A stretch of 64,000 nt of DNA. It comes from an uncultured Chloroflexia bacterium. GTDB taxonomy: Bacteria; Chloroflexota; Anaerolineae; JAAYZQ01. Where the stretch lies: NCBI GenBank assembly GCA_963700285.1, contig CAVOXA010000014.1:96001-160000 (forward strand). The letters run 5' to 3'. This document shows, piece after piece, positions 10,067 to 19,882 of this stretch. A model generated the notes under the pieces. It saw only the letters and a list, made by a program, of their open reading frames with translations. It was not told where the DNA came from and did no database searches. The first letter of the stretch is position 1. Every line of letters begins with the position of its first letter. The position numbers were made by a program, and so were the translations under genes.

Positions 10067-12973
10067 ATGAAAACAACCAAGCTCTTGCTACTGTGCAGCC
10101 TGGTGGTCGTGATCGCACTGGTCGTGGTCGCTTGCGGTGGCACCGAGGCGCCGAAAGAAGAAGTCAAGGTCGAGTCAACCAAGGCGCCGGCTCAGGAAGA
10201 AGCCAAGCCCACTGAAGCTCCCGCTCCGGCAGAGGACGCCGGCTACAAGATGGCGGGCATAACCTTCTACAGTGACTTTTTCATGCAGACCGTCATCGAC
10301 GGCATGAAACTGGCTGCTGACGAAAATGGCATCGAGTTCAGCAACCATGTCACCGAGTTCGATCTGGAGAAGGAAGCCCAGATCATCGACGACCTCATCA
10401 CCAAGGGTGTCGATGCCATCATCATCACCCCCATCTCTTCCGATGGCTCTATCGCCGCCCTCAAAAAGGCCAAGGAGGCCGGCGTCACCGTCGTCTGCTT
10501 TAACACCTGCGTCAACGAAGAAGGCATCGCTTCGGCCTTCCTCTACACCGACGGCATCGAGCACGGCGGCAAGACAGGCAAGGCCGTGGCCGAGTACGTC
10601 AAGAACGAGATGGGTGGCAGCGCCAAGCTGGGCATCCTCAACTGCGAGATCTATGAGCTCTGTGTCGAGCGCTTGGACGGCTTTATGGCCGAGCTGGAAG
10701 GCCTCGACATCGAGGTCGTCGACAACCAGCAGGGCTTTGTGGCCGACGAGGCTGTCACCGTCGCCGAGGACATGCTCCAGGCTCACCCCGACATCAATCT
10801 GATGTGGTCGGAAAATGAAGGCGGCACCGTCGGCATCGTCCAGGCAGTTAAATCGCTGGGCATGGACGGCGAACTGCCCGTCTTTGGCCTGGACATGAAC
10901 ATGCAGATGGCCCAGATGCTACAGTCTGACGACGGCATCCTCTTGGGCACCACCGGCCAGTCGCCCTACGACCTGGGCTACATGTCCCTCAACACGGCCA
11001 TTGATGTCCTGAACGGCAAGGAGGTCGAGCCCGTCACCTTCTCACCGGCCATCTACTTCGGCCGCGACACTCCTGAAAAGGTCCAGGAATTCATCGACAC
11101 CGAGGGCAAGATGTTCGCCACAGACGAGCCCGAGGCTGAGGCACCGTCCGAACCCGCAGGCGAAGGCTACAAGATGGCAGGCATCACCTTCTACAGTGAC
11201 TTTTTCATGCAGACCGTCATCGACGGCATGAAACTGGCTGCTGAGGAAAATGGCATCGAGTTCAGCAACCATGTCACCGAGTTCGATCTGGAGAAGGAAG
11301 CCCAGATCATCGACGACCTCATCACCAAGGGTGTCGATGCCATCATCATCACCCCCATCTCCTCCGATGGCTCCATCGCCGCCCTCAAAAAGGCCAAGGA
11401 GGCCGGTGTGACTGTCGTCTGCTTTAACACCTGCGTCAACGAAGAGGGCATCGCTTCAGCCTTCCTCTACACCGACGGCATCGAGCACGGCGGCAAGACA
11501 GGCAAGGCCGTGGCCGAGTACGTCAAGAACGAGATGGGCGGCAGCGCCAAGCTGGGCATCCTCAACTGCGAGATCTATGAGCTCTGCGTCGAGCGCCTGG
11601 ACGGCTTTATGGCCGAGCTGGAAGGCCTCGACATCGAGGTCGTGGACAACCAGCAGGGCTTTGTGGCCGACGAGGCTGTCACCGTCGCTGAGGACATGCT
11701 CTCGGCTCACCCCGACATCAATCTGATGTGGTCTGAGAACGAGGGCGGCACCGTCGGCATCGTCCAGGCCGTCAAGACCCTGGGCCTCGGGGATCAGGTT
11801 CCCGTCTTTGGCCTGGACATGAACATGCAGATGGCCCAGATGCTGCAGTCTGATGACGGCATCCTCTTGGGCACCACAGGCCAGTCGCCCTACGACTTGG
11901 GCTACATGTCCCTCAACACCGCTGTCGACGTCCTGAATGGCAAGGAAGTCGAGCCCGTCACCTTCTCACCGGCCATCTACTTTGGCCGAACCACTCCCGA
12001 GAAGGTCCAGGAATTCATCGACACTGAGGGCAAGATGTTCGCCACCGACGAGCCCGAGGCCGAAGCACCATCCGGTCCCCAGGGCGAGGGCTACAAGATG
12101 GCAGGCATCACCTTCTACAGTGACTTTTTCATGCAGACCGTCATCGACGGCATGAAACTGGCATCTGAGGAGAACGGCGTCGAGTTCAGCAACCACGTCA
12201 CCGAGTTCGATCTGGAGAAGGAAGCCCAGATCATCGACGACCTCATCACCAAGGGTGTCGATGCCATCATCATCACCCCTATCTCTTCCGATGGCTCCAC
12301 CGCTGCTCTGAAAAAGGCCAAGGAGGCCGGTGTCACCGTCGTCTGCTTTAACACCTGCGTCAACGAAGAAGGCATCGCTTCGGCCTTCCTCTACACCGAC
12401 GGCATCGAGCACGGCGGCAAGACAGGCAAGGCCGTGGCCGAGTACGTCAAGAACGAGATGGGTGGCAGCGCCAAGCTGGGCATCCTCAACTGCGAGATCT
12501 ATGAGCTCTGTGTCGAGCGCTTGGACGGCTTTATGGCCGAGCTGGAAGGCCTCGACATCGAGGTCGTCGACAACCAGCAGGGCTTTGTGGCCGACGAGGC
12601 TGTCACCGTCGCTGAGGACATGCTCTCGGCTCACCCCGACATCAATCTGATGTGGTCTGAGAACGAGGGCGGCACCGTCGGCATCGTCCAGGCCGTCAAG
12701 ACGCTGGGCCTCGCCGATCAGGTTCCCGTCTTTGGCCTGGACATGAACATGCAGATGGCCCAGATGCTGCAGTCTGATGACGGCATCCTCTTGGGCACCA
12801 CAGGCCAGTCGCCCTACGACCTGGGTTACATGTCCCTCAACACGGCCATTGACGTCCTGAACGGCAAGGAAGTAGAGCCCGTCACCTTCTCACCGGCCAT
12901 CTACTTCGGCCGCGACACTCCTGAAAAGGTCCAGGAATTCATCGACACCGAGGGCAAGATGTTCGCCAAGTAG
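10067..12973 (+). CDS. Sugar ABC transporter substrate-binding lipoprotein with three tandem RbsB-like domains
   Basis: Lipobox VVACGG, Ala/Pro/Glu linker, three ~308-aa periplasmic-binding type I units (GVDAIIITP, HPDINL, GTTGQSPY). Confidence 0.92.
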   Translation: MKTTKLLLLCSLVVVIALVVVACGGTEAPKEEVKVESTKAPAQEEAKPTEAPAPAEDAGYKMAGITFYSDFFMQTVIDGMKLAADENGIEFSNHVTEFDLEKEAQIIDDLITKGVDAIIITPISSDGSIAALKKAKEAGVTVVCFNTCVNEEGIASAFLYTDGIEHGGKTGKAVAEYVKNEMGGSAKLGILNCEIYELCVERLDGFMAELEGLDIEVVDNQQGFVADEAVTVAEDMLQAHPDINLMWSENEGGTVGIVQAVKSLGMDGELPVFGLDMNMQMAQMLQSDDGILLGTTGQSPYDLGYMSLNTAIDVLNGKEVEPVTFSPAIYFGRDTPEKVQEFIDTEGKMFATDEPEAEAPSEPAGEGYKMAGITFYSDFFMQTVIDGMKLAAEENGIEFSNHVTEFDLEKEAQIIDDLITKGVDAIIITPISSDGSIAALKKAKEAGVTVVCFNTCVNEEGIASAFLYTDGIEHGGKTGKAVAEYVKNEMGGSAKLGILNCEIYELCVERLDGFMAELEGLDIEVVDNQQGFVADEAVTVAEDMLSAHPDINLMWSENEGGTVGIVQAVKTLGLGDQVPVFGLDMNMQMAQMLQSDDGILLGTTGQSPYDLGYMSLNTAVDVLNGKEVEPVTFSPAIYFGRTTPEKVQEFIDTEGKMFATDEPEAEAPSGPQGEGYKMAGITFYSDFFMQTVIDGMKLASEENGVEFSNHVTEFDLEKEAQIIDDLITKGVDAIIITPISSDGSTAALKKAKEAGVTVVCFNTCVNEEGIASAFLYTDGIEHGGKTGKAVAEYVKNEMGGSAKLGILNCEIYELCVERLDGFMAELEGLDIEVVDNQQGFVADEAVTVAEDMLSAHPDINLMWSENEGGTVGIVQAVKTLGLADQVPVFGLDMNMQMAQMLQSDDGILLGTTGQSPYDLGYMSLNTAIDVLNGKEVEPVTFSPAIYFGRDTPEKVQEFIDTEGKMFAK
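10241..12969 (+). repeat. Intragenic direct triplication, 924-bp period
   Basis: GGCTACAAGATGGC begins at 10241, 11165 and 12089; units near-identical with scattered substitutions. Confidence 0.95.
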
Positions 12974-12985
12974 GACTTGATGCAC

Positions 12986-13033
12986 AGGCCTGGCAGGCCG
13001 GGGTCGCATCGGAACCTGCGGCCTGCCAGGTCT
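12986..13033 (+). terminator. GC-rich stem-loop after the SBP gene (mRNA stabiliser/partial terminator)
   Basis: AGGCCTGGCAGGCCG ... CGGCCTGCCAGGTCT inverted repeat; no U-tract. Confidence 0.55.
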
Positions 13034-13057
13034 CCACTTGCTATGGAAGGAATGCCA

Positions 13058-14572
13058 ATGACGAGAATTCTGGACATGGACCATGTCACCAAGCGCTATC
13101 CCGGCGTGGTCGCCCTGGACAGCGTCAGCTTTGGCTGCGACGCCGGCGAGGTACGCGCTCTCCTGGGCAAGAACGGCGCCGGCAAGTCAACGCTGATCAA
13201 GGTTCTGAGCGGCGCCGTACGCCAGGACGAGGGCGAGATCCGCATTGACGGCAGTCCGGTGGAAATCGACGATCCGCGCGATGCCTTTGGCCTCGGCATC
13301 AGCACCGTCTACCAGGAAATGAGCCTGGTTCCAGGGCTGACGGTCGCTGAGAACATCTTCTTGGGGCGCTGGCCCAGAAAACGGCAGCTCGGCCTGCCGG
13401 TCATTGACCGCAAAAAGATCCTGGAGGCCGCCCAGGAGGCATTGGACCAGCTTAAGGTCACCTTGGATCTGAATGAGCTAGTCCTACGGCTCAACGTGGC
13501 CCAGCAGCAGTTGGTCGAGATTGCCAAGGCCATCTCCTTCAACCCGAGGGTCTTGGTCCTCGACGAGCCAACCAGCGCGCTGCCCGAGGAAGAGGTCGAA
13601 GTCCTGCATGGCGTCGTCCGGAATCTGGCGAGCCAGGGCATGGCCGTTATCTATGTCACCCACCGCCTGCAAGAGATCCCGCACGTGGCTGACAGCGTCA
13701 CCGTTCTGCGCGACGGAAAGCGCATCGGTACCATACCTGTCGAGGCAGCCACCCCAGAAAAAATCGCCAATATGATGATTGGCGCAGACTGGGAAAGGAC
13801 CGAGTGGCTTCGAAGCGGCGAACTGGGTGAGGTCAAACTTGAGGTGCACAACCTGATACGCGAGGACGAGCTGCACGACATTTCATTTGGGGTGAGGGCA
13901 GGCGAAGTTCTGGGCATTGCTGGGCTGCTGGGCTCGGGGCGTACCGAGCTTCTGCGGGCCATCTTTGGCCTCGACAAGCTGGACAGCGGCGAGATCTATG
14001 TCGACGGCAAGCTGGTCGCCAAACCTAGCCCCGCCCGCATGAAGAGACGGGGCGTTGCCCTGACACCCGAGGATCGCAAGACCGAGGGGCTGGTCATGAT
14101 CTTTTCGGTGATGCGCAACCTGACATTGGCTAGTCTGAACCGGATCAGCGATGGTGGCATCCTCCGTCACCGGCGCGAGCGCCAGCTGGCTCAGGGCATG
14201 GCTGATAGTATACAGGTCGTAACACCCAGCCTGGACGCAGAAGCGCGGACATTGAGTGGTGGCAATCAGCAGAAGGTGGTTGTCGGCAACTGGCTTAACA
14301 CCCAGCCTTCGGTGCTGATCATGGACGAGCCAACCCGCGGCATTGACATCCAGGCCAAGGAACAGATCTTTTCCCTGGTGCGCGACTTGGCCGAGGAGGG
14401 CATGGCTGTCATCTTTGTCTCCTCCGAACTCGAGGAGGTCATGGATGTGTCGGACCGCATCCTGGTCCTGAATCATGGCTACCTGACCGACGAAGTGAAT
14501 CCCGACGAGATTGACCTGGAAAACCTGTTCACCTTGGTAATGAAGGAGGATGTGACTCATGGTCCAAGCTAG
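13058..14572 (+). CDS. Sugar ABC transporter ATP-binding protein (RbsA/MglA-type, two NBDs)
   Basis: GKNGAGKST, LDEPT, LSGGNQQKV, MDEPTRGID. Confidence 0.95.
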   Translation: MTRILDMDHVTKRYPGVVALDSVSFGCDAGEVRALLGKNGAGKSTLIKVLSGAVRQDEGEIRIDGSPVEIDDPRDAFGLGISTVYQEMSLVPGLTVAENIFLGRWPRKRQLGLPVIDRKKILEAAQEALDQLKVTLDLNELVLRLNVAQQQLVEIAKAISFNPRVLVLDEPTSALPEEEVEVLHGVVRNLASQGMAVIYVTHRLQEIPHVADSVTVLRDGKRIGTIPVEAATPEKIANMMIGADWERTEWLRSGELGEVKLEVHNLIREDELHDISFGVRAGEVLGIAGLLGSGRTELLRAIFGLDKLDSGEIYVDGKLVAKPSPARMKRRGVALTPEDRKTEGLVMIFSVMRNLTLASLNRISDGGILRHRRERQLAQGMADSIQVVTPSLDAEARTLSGGNQQKVVVGNWLNTQPSVLIMDEPTRGIDIQAKEQIFSLVRDLAEEGMAVIFVSSELEEVMDVSDRILVLNHGYLTDEVNPDEIDLENLFTLVMKEDVTHGPS

Positions 14573-15539
14573 CCTAGCAAAAGCCAGGAATCCGTGGTGG
14601 CGGGGGATACGACGCTATGCATCGCGCTCGGGGCTCCTCGTTGGCCTCATCGTCTTGTTCGTCTTGTTGGCGATCCTTGCCCCGAATTTCCTGACGGCGC
14701 GCAACCTCCTGAACGTGCTGCGGGCCATGGCCTTCACTGGCATGATCGCTTTTGGCATGACCTTTGTCATTATCTCGGGTGATATTGACGTGAGCGTTGG
14801 TTCTGCTGTGGCTTGGGCTTCCTCTCTGCTGGGTGTGTTGGCCATCACCCATGGCTGGCCCCTGTGGCTTGCGGTGCTCTTTGTCATAATCCAGGGCATG
14901 GTTATTCACATGATGGCGGCTGGCATCCGCATTGCGCTCAACGTACCTTCCTTTGTCGTCACCCTGGCCATGTTCATGAGTCTGCGCGGCGCGGCACGGC
15001 TTATCACCGGCGCCTGGTCGATCACACCTTTCCCCGAGTCGTTCAACTTCTGGGGGCAGGGCTACGTGTTCAAGGTCATTCCGGTCCCGGCAGTGTTCAT
15101 GCTGGCGACCTTTTTGATCTTTCTCTTTCTCAGCAAGCGTACCGTCTTTGGCCGGTCGGTCTACAGTGTCGGCGGCAATGAAGAGGCATCGCGTTTGTCC
15201 GGCATCCCCGTGCCCCGCACCCGGGTATTGATCTATGCCCTTGTCGGCCTGCTCTGTGCCGCGGCGGGCATTATCCTTTCGTCGCGCATCAGCGCCGGTT
15301 CGTCCAAGATCGCCTCTGGCCTGGAGTTCGAGGTCATCGCCGCTGTTATCATTGGCGGCACCAGCCTTTCCGGTGGCCAGGGCTCGATGATCGGAACCCT
15401 GCTCGGCGTGCTGTTCATCGGCCTGCTACAGAATGGCATGACACTCCTGGGTGTCGATCCCTTTGCCCAGGAAGTTGCCAGCGGTCTCATCATCCTCTTT
15501 GCCGTCCTCATCAGCGAGCTGCAAAAGCTGAGCCGCTGA
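14559..15539 (+). CDS. Sugar ABC transporter permease (RbsC-type)
   Basis: IISGDIDVSVG, GGNEEASRLSGI, IAAVIIGGTSLSGG. Confidence 0.95.
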   Translation: MVQASLAKARNPWWRGIRRYASRSGLLVGLIVLFVLLAILAPNFLTARNLLNVLRAMAFTGMIAFGMTFVIISGDIDVSVGSAVAWASSLLGVLAITHGWPLWLAVLFVIIQGMVIHMMAAGIRIALNVPSFVVTLAMFMSLRGAARLITGAWSITPFPESFNFWGQGYVFKVIPVPAVFMLATFLIFLFLSKRTVFGRSVYSVGGNEEASRLSGIPVPRTRVLIYALVGLLCAAAGIILSSRISAGSSKIASGLEFEVIAAVIIGGTSLSGGQGSMIGTLLGVLFIGLLQNGMTLLGVDPFAQEVASGLIILFAVLISELQKLSR

Positions 15540-15572
15540 AAGGAACCTTGTAGAGGGAGAAAGAGGCGCCCA

Positions 15573-16610
15573 GTGGCCCAACTCACATCTGAACAACGAA
15601 TTCACTGCGCCCTGCGTCGAGAAGAGCCCGACCGAGTGCCGCACTTTGAGTGGCTCATCGACCGCAAAGTTCGGGAGGCTATCTGCCCCGGCGTCCGCGA
15701 CAGCAACGAGTTCAACGTGCGCATGGGACTCGACGCTGTCCTCGGCCGCATCAAATATGGCAGCGAGCAGGTCGGGCCGGACCTCTGGCGCAGCGAGTGG
15801 GGCTATGTCTCCCAGATGACAGTCGAGGAGCACGGCATCGAAGTCGAGTCGCCCCTGAAGACCATGGACGACTTGGACCACTACACACCGCCCGATCCCA
15901 CTCTGCCCCAGCGTTACACCGAGATCGATGAACTGGTGGCAGCCTTTGCCGGGGACAAGGCCGTCATCGTACAGTTGCGCGACGTCTTTTCCCTGCCCCG
16001 CTACCTGCTGGGTATGGAGAACCTGCTGATGTCTCTCATCACGCAGCCCGATCTGGTTCGAGCCCTGGTCGACCTTTCGGTTGAGATCAACTTGCAGAGC
16101 GCCCGCGAGGTGGCCGCTCGTGGCGTCAAGATCGTCTACAGTGGCGATGACTATGCTTATACCAAAGGGCCGCTGATGTCACCCAGACACTTTCGCCAGT
16201 TCTTTTACCCGGGACTCAAGCGGCTGGTGGCCGGTTGCAAGGAACTGGGCTTGGTGTATATCAAGCACACCGATGGCGACCTGTGGCCCATCCTCGACAT
16301 GCTCGTCGACGCCGGTATCGACTGCCTGGATCCCATCGACCCCCTCGCCGGCATGGATATCACTGAGGTCAAGGCCAGGTATGGGGATCGGATCGCCATC
16401 AAAGGCAACGTGGACTGCGCACTGACGCTGACCTTCGGTACGCCTGAAGACGTTGCCGAGGAGACCAAAGAGGCTATGCGCAAGGGCATGCCAGGCGGAG
16501 GGTTTATCCTGTCCTCCAGCAACTCGATCGTCTCCGCCACCAAGCCCGAGAACTACCTGGCCATGCTCCAGACCTGGGAGCGTTGCCGCGACTATCCGAT
16601 GACTCTCTAG
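15573..16610 (+). CDS. URO-D/MtaA-CmuA family protein (copy 4)
   Basis: EEPDRVP, GDDYA, HTDG, DPIDPLAGMD, GNVD, GGGFILSSSNSI. Confidence 0.9.
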   Translation: MAQLTSEQRIHCALRREEPDRVPHFEWLIDRKVREAICPGVRDSNEFNVRMGLDAVLGRIKYGSEQVGPDLWRSEWGYVSQMTVEEHGIEVESPLKTMDDLDHYTPPDPTLPQRYTEIDELVAAFAGDKAVIVQLRDVFSLPRYLLGMENLLMSLITQPDLVRALVDLSVEINLQSAREVAARGVKIVYSGDDYAYTKGPLMSPRHFRQFFYPGLKRLVAGCKELGLVYIKHTDGDLWPILDMLVDAGIDCLDPIDPLAGMDITEVKARYGDRIAIKGNVDCALTLTFGTPEDVAEETKEAMRKGMPGGGFILSSSNSIVSATKPENYLAMLQTWERCRDYPMTL

Positions 16611-16653
16611 AAGAGAAACCAGGTACGGTATTCTTCTTCGAAAGGAACATGGA

Positions 16654-17706
16654 ATGACCAAGATCGCTATCGTTGGCGCCGGCCTGATGGGCACGGCTGT
16701 AGCTTGGCCCCTGTCGGACAACGGACACGAGGTGCGCCTCATCGGCACCCACCTCGACACCGAGATCATCGACAGCTGCCGCGCCGGAGGCTACCATCCG
16801 CGCCTCAAGCGCTACTTGCCGGCCAACGTCACGCCCTTCTACCTTGACAAGATCGAGGAGGCCCTGGATGGCGTCGAGATTGTTGTCAGTGGGGTCAATT
16901 CCCTGGGCGTGCACTGGATCGGGCAGACCCTTGGTCCCCTGCTGCAGCCGGGCCAGCTGGTCATCGCTGTCACTAAGGGTCTGGAGGCCACCGACGACGG
17001 CGAGCTGCTGATCCTGCCCGACGTGGTGGCGGCCGAGTTCCCCGAAAGTATCCGCGACCAGGTAACCATAGCCGCCATCGGCGGGCCGTGCATCGCCGGC
17101 GAGTTGGCCGGGCGCCGGCCCTCTCTGGTCGTCTTTGGCTCGCGCGACTCGGAAGACGTCGAACGACTCGCCGCTACTTTCCGTGCGAGCTACTATCACA
17201 TCTGGACGACCACCGACCTGCTTGGCCTGGAAATCTGCGCTGCCCTCAAGAATGCCTATACCCTGGGCGTAGGCCTGGTGGCCGGCATGTTGGAGCGCGA
17301 TGGCGGCGTGGATCAGGCAGATGCCTACATGCACAACCTGGCGGCTGGCGTCTTTGCCCAGGGCTGCACCGAGATCGACCGTGCCCTGCAGATCCTAGGC
17401 GGCAGCCGCCGTTTCGCGTACGGCCTGCCCGGGCCCGGAGATCTGTATGTGACCAGCATGGGCGGCCGGACCGTTCGTCTGGGGCGCTTACTGGGTCTGG
17501 GTCACTCCTACGCCGAAGCGCGGCAGATCATGGCTGGCGAGACCTTGGAGGCTGTCGAGATTGTGCGGTCCATGGGCAAAACGCTGCCTAGGATGCAGGC
17601 ACAGGGCAACATCAGCGCCGGGGATCTACCACTGCTCCGCGCCCTGGTCGACGTCGTCGTCCACGGCAAAGAGATCGACCTGCCGCTGGACGCCTTCTTT
17701 GGGTAG
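16654..17706 (+). CDS. NAD(P)-dependent glycerol-3-phosphate dehydrogenase-like protein
   Basis: GAGLMG, TKGL, GGPCIA, ALKNAY, GDLYVT..GGR. Confidence 0.8.
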   Translation: MTKIAIVGAGLMGTAVAWPLSDNGHEVRLIGTHLDTEIIDSCRAGGYHPRLKRYLPANVTPFYLDKIEEALDGVEIVVSGVNSLGVHWIGQTLGPLLQPGQLVIAVTKGLEATDDGELLILPDVVAAEFPESIRDQVTIAAIGGPCIAGELAGRRPSLVVFGSRDSEDVERLAATFRASYYHIWTTTDLLGLEICAALKNAYTLGVGLVAGMLERDGGVDQADAYMHNLAAGVFAQGCTEIDRALQILGGSRRFAYGLPGPGDLYVTSMGGRTVRLGRLLGLGHSYAEARQIMAGETLEAVEIVRSMGKTLPRMQAQGNISAGDLPLLRALVDVVVHGKEIDLPLDAFFG

Positions 17707-17762
17707 TCCAGCATAGCCGGGCACAGCCCGGCGAAACAAGCACTAGGAGATTGAGATAAGCC

Positions 17763-18836
17763 ATGACCGAAATCTTGACTGCTTCCGTTGTCGGCGGCGG
17801 TTGGGGCGGCACCCTGAATATGAGCGGCCTGGCCAACTCGGACCGGTTTGAGCTGGTCGCGGCGACTGATATCAAGCCCGAGGTCTGCCGGGTGTTGGAA
17901 GAACAGTACCCCGGTATCCGGACGTTCACCGACTACCAGGAGATGTTTGCGATTTGCCCGACCGATGTTGTGTGCGTCGCCACCTATGCCCCTAGTCACG
18001 AGGCCATCGCCATCGACGCCCTGGAATTGCCACTGAAGGGCATCTGTGTCGAAAAGCCCCTGGGCGCGTCTGTGGCTGAGGGACAGCGCATTCTAGAAGC
18101 CATCAAGGCCCGCAATCTGCCCATGGCTGTTCCCCATCCCCTGCTGGCCGAAGCGTTGCCCATGGAGATTATCGAGCGCGTCCAGCGCGGTGACATCGGT
18201 ACCCTGCGCCTGGTGGAGGTCGAGCAGAACAAATGGGACTTGCTCAACGCCGGCATCCACTGGCTGAACTTTTTTGTCCACCTGACTGCTTTCGAAGAGA
18301 TAGACTGGATCCTGGCCGCGCTCGACACCAAGGACCGCACCTACCGCGACAGCATGCAGGTGGAGACCTCGGGTGTGACCTATGTCCAGACCAGGAGCGG
18401 CGTCCGCTTTGTAATGCACACCGGCGACCAGGTGTTGGTGACCGAAGAGAGAGGCAGAGAGACCACTTCCCTCTTCCGTCTGGTGGGTACAGAAGGCGTC
18501 ATCACCTTCTTCGGCGTGCATCCTGTCTACAGGATCCTCAATGCCGAGAACCCAACGGGTACCGACATCCGTCCCGAACCTTTTTCCCAGACCGAGCACG
18601 AAATCCACCTGAACCACATGGCTGCTCAGATCGACAATGGGATACCGGACTATACCGTGGCCGATAGCTCTCTCACCGCTCTGGAATGCTGCGAGGCGGC
18701 ATTCCTCTCGCACCGCCACCGCTGCAAGGTCACCTTCCCGCTAAAGGCCTTCAGGCCACCCGCTGACAGCGACTGGGACCCCGGTGCCATCTATGGCGGC
18801 GAGGGTGGCGGTCTCGATGGACGGAGCCTGCTCTGA
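17763..18836 (+). CDS. Gfo/Idh/MocA family oxidoreductase
   Basis: GGGWGG Rossmann motif, H..IA, VEKPLG, GIH. Confidence 0.88.
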   Translation: MTEILTASVVGGGWGGTLNMSGLANSDRFELVAATDIKPEVCRVLEEQYPGIRTFTDYQEMFAICPTDVVCVATYAPSHEAIAIDALELPLKGICVEKPLGASVAEGQRILEAIKARNLPMAVPHPLLAEALPMEIIERVQRGDIGTLRLVEVEQNKWDLLNAGIHWLNFFVHLTAFEEIDWILAALDTKDRTYRDSMQVETSGVTYVQTRSGVRFVMHTGDQVLVTEERGRETTSLFRLVGTEGVITFFGVHPVYRILNAENPTGTDIRPEPFSQTEHEIHLNHMAAQIDNGIPDYTVADSSLTALECCEAAFLSHRHRCKVTFPLKAFRPPADSDWDPGAIYGGEGGGLDGRSLL

Positions 18837-18899
18837 CCAGTCAGCCCGCTGCTCCAGAAACCGGCAGCATTCAAGCCAGGAAAGGGAGATTTGTGAACC

Positions 18900-19805
18900 A
18901 TGTCAGAATCGCCAACACGCGTCCAACCAGGCCAGATTGCGCCCTACGGTTCCTTGCCGGTGCCCCGGCTGACGCCCGAACTGTTGGGCCTGGTACGGAC
19001 GGGCAAGGTCTACAGCCTTGCTGTTGTATACCATGAAGGCATGCCCTTGCCCGGCGTGTTCGAGCCCTTTAGCCTCACACCCCGGGTCAGGCACGGAGAC
19101 CTGCGGGGCCTCGGTCCTGTGTCGGGCGCGGGAGAGACGATCAAGATGGCAGCCCATACCGGCACGCATATCGACGCCTTGTGTCACATCGGCGAATACC
19201 AGGATGCGGATGGCAACCCCGTGTCAGAGGGCGGCGAGGTACGAATCTATGCCGGGCCGGGCATGACAACTCCCGCCGCCGGCCATGTCAGTTGGCAGGG
19301 TCAGAACCTCAACGATATCGCTGAGATGCCGCCCGTTGTCGCCCGCGGGATCATGCTCGACGTACCCGGCTACCTTGGCATCGAGGTCCTGCCTGAGGGC
19401 TACACCATCAGCCGCGAGGATGTGGAGGGAACCCTGGTCAAACAGGGAATCGAGATGGCGCCCGGCACCGCCGTCCTGGTACGCACCGGCTACAGCCGCT
19501 ATTGGCCCAACAACAGTACGGTCTACCTGGATGCCGTGGCGGGCATCGGCCTGGAGGCCAACAAGATGCTGGTCGAGGGAGGGATGATCCTCATCGGCGC
19601 TGACAACTCGACCGTCGAGCCCTGGCCGCCATACGACCACGATGTCCATCGCTACAACCAGGTACACCACGGCATCAGCCACCTAGAGGTGATGTACCTC
19701 GATGAGTTGGCGGCCGATCAAGTCTACGAGTTTCTCCTGATCGTCACGCCGCTACGCATCCAGGGCGCCACCGGTTCGTGGGTGCATCCCATCGCCATTG
19801 CCTGA
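18900..19805 (+). CDS. Cyclase family (kynurenine formamidase-like) metal-dependent hydrolase
   Basis: HTGTHIDALCH (HxGTHxD), VRTG, GADN, PLRIQGATGS. Confidence 0.88.
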   Translation: MSESPTRVQPGQIAPYGSLPVPRLTPELLGLVRTGKVYSLAVVYHEGMPLPGVFEPFSLTPRVRHGDLRGLGPVSGAGETIKMAAHTGTHIDALCHIGEYQDADGNPVSEGGEVRIYAGPGMTTPAAGHVSWQGQNLNDIAEMPPVVARGIMLDVPGYLGIEVLPEGYTISREDVEGTLVKQGIEMAPGTAVLVRTGYSRYWPNNSTVYLDAVAGIGLEANKMLVEGGMILIGADNSTVEPWPPYDHDVHRYNQVHHGISHLEVMYLDELAADQVYEFLLIVTPLRIQGATGSWVHPIAIA

Positions 19806-19882
19806 GCTTCGGCTCACAGGCAGGCGCCCTGAGGATGCCCGCGAGCAGCCCTGGTTGAAGCACATTGCCTTGGAGGAAATCC

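Noticed and set aside
10241-12969. Long direct repeats as a possible CRISPR array or mobile element
   Set aside because: Repeats are 924-bp in-frame protein domains with no spacers or terminal repeats
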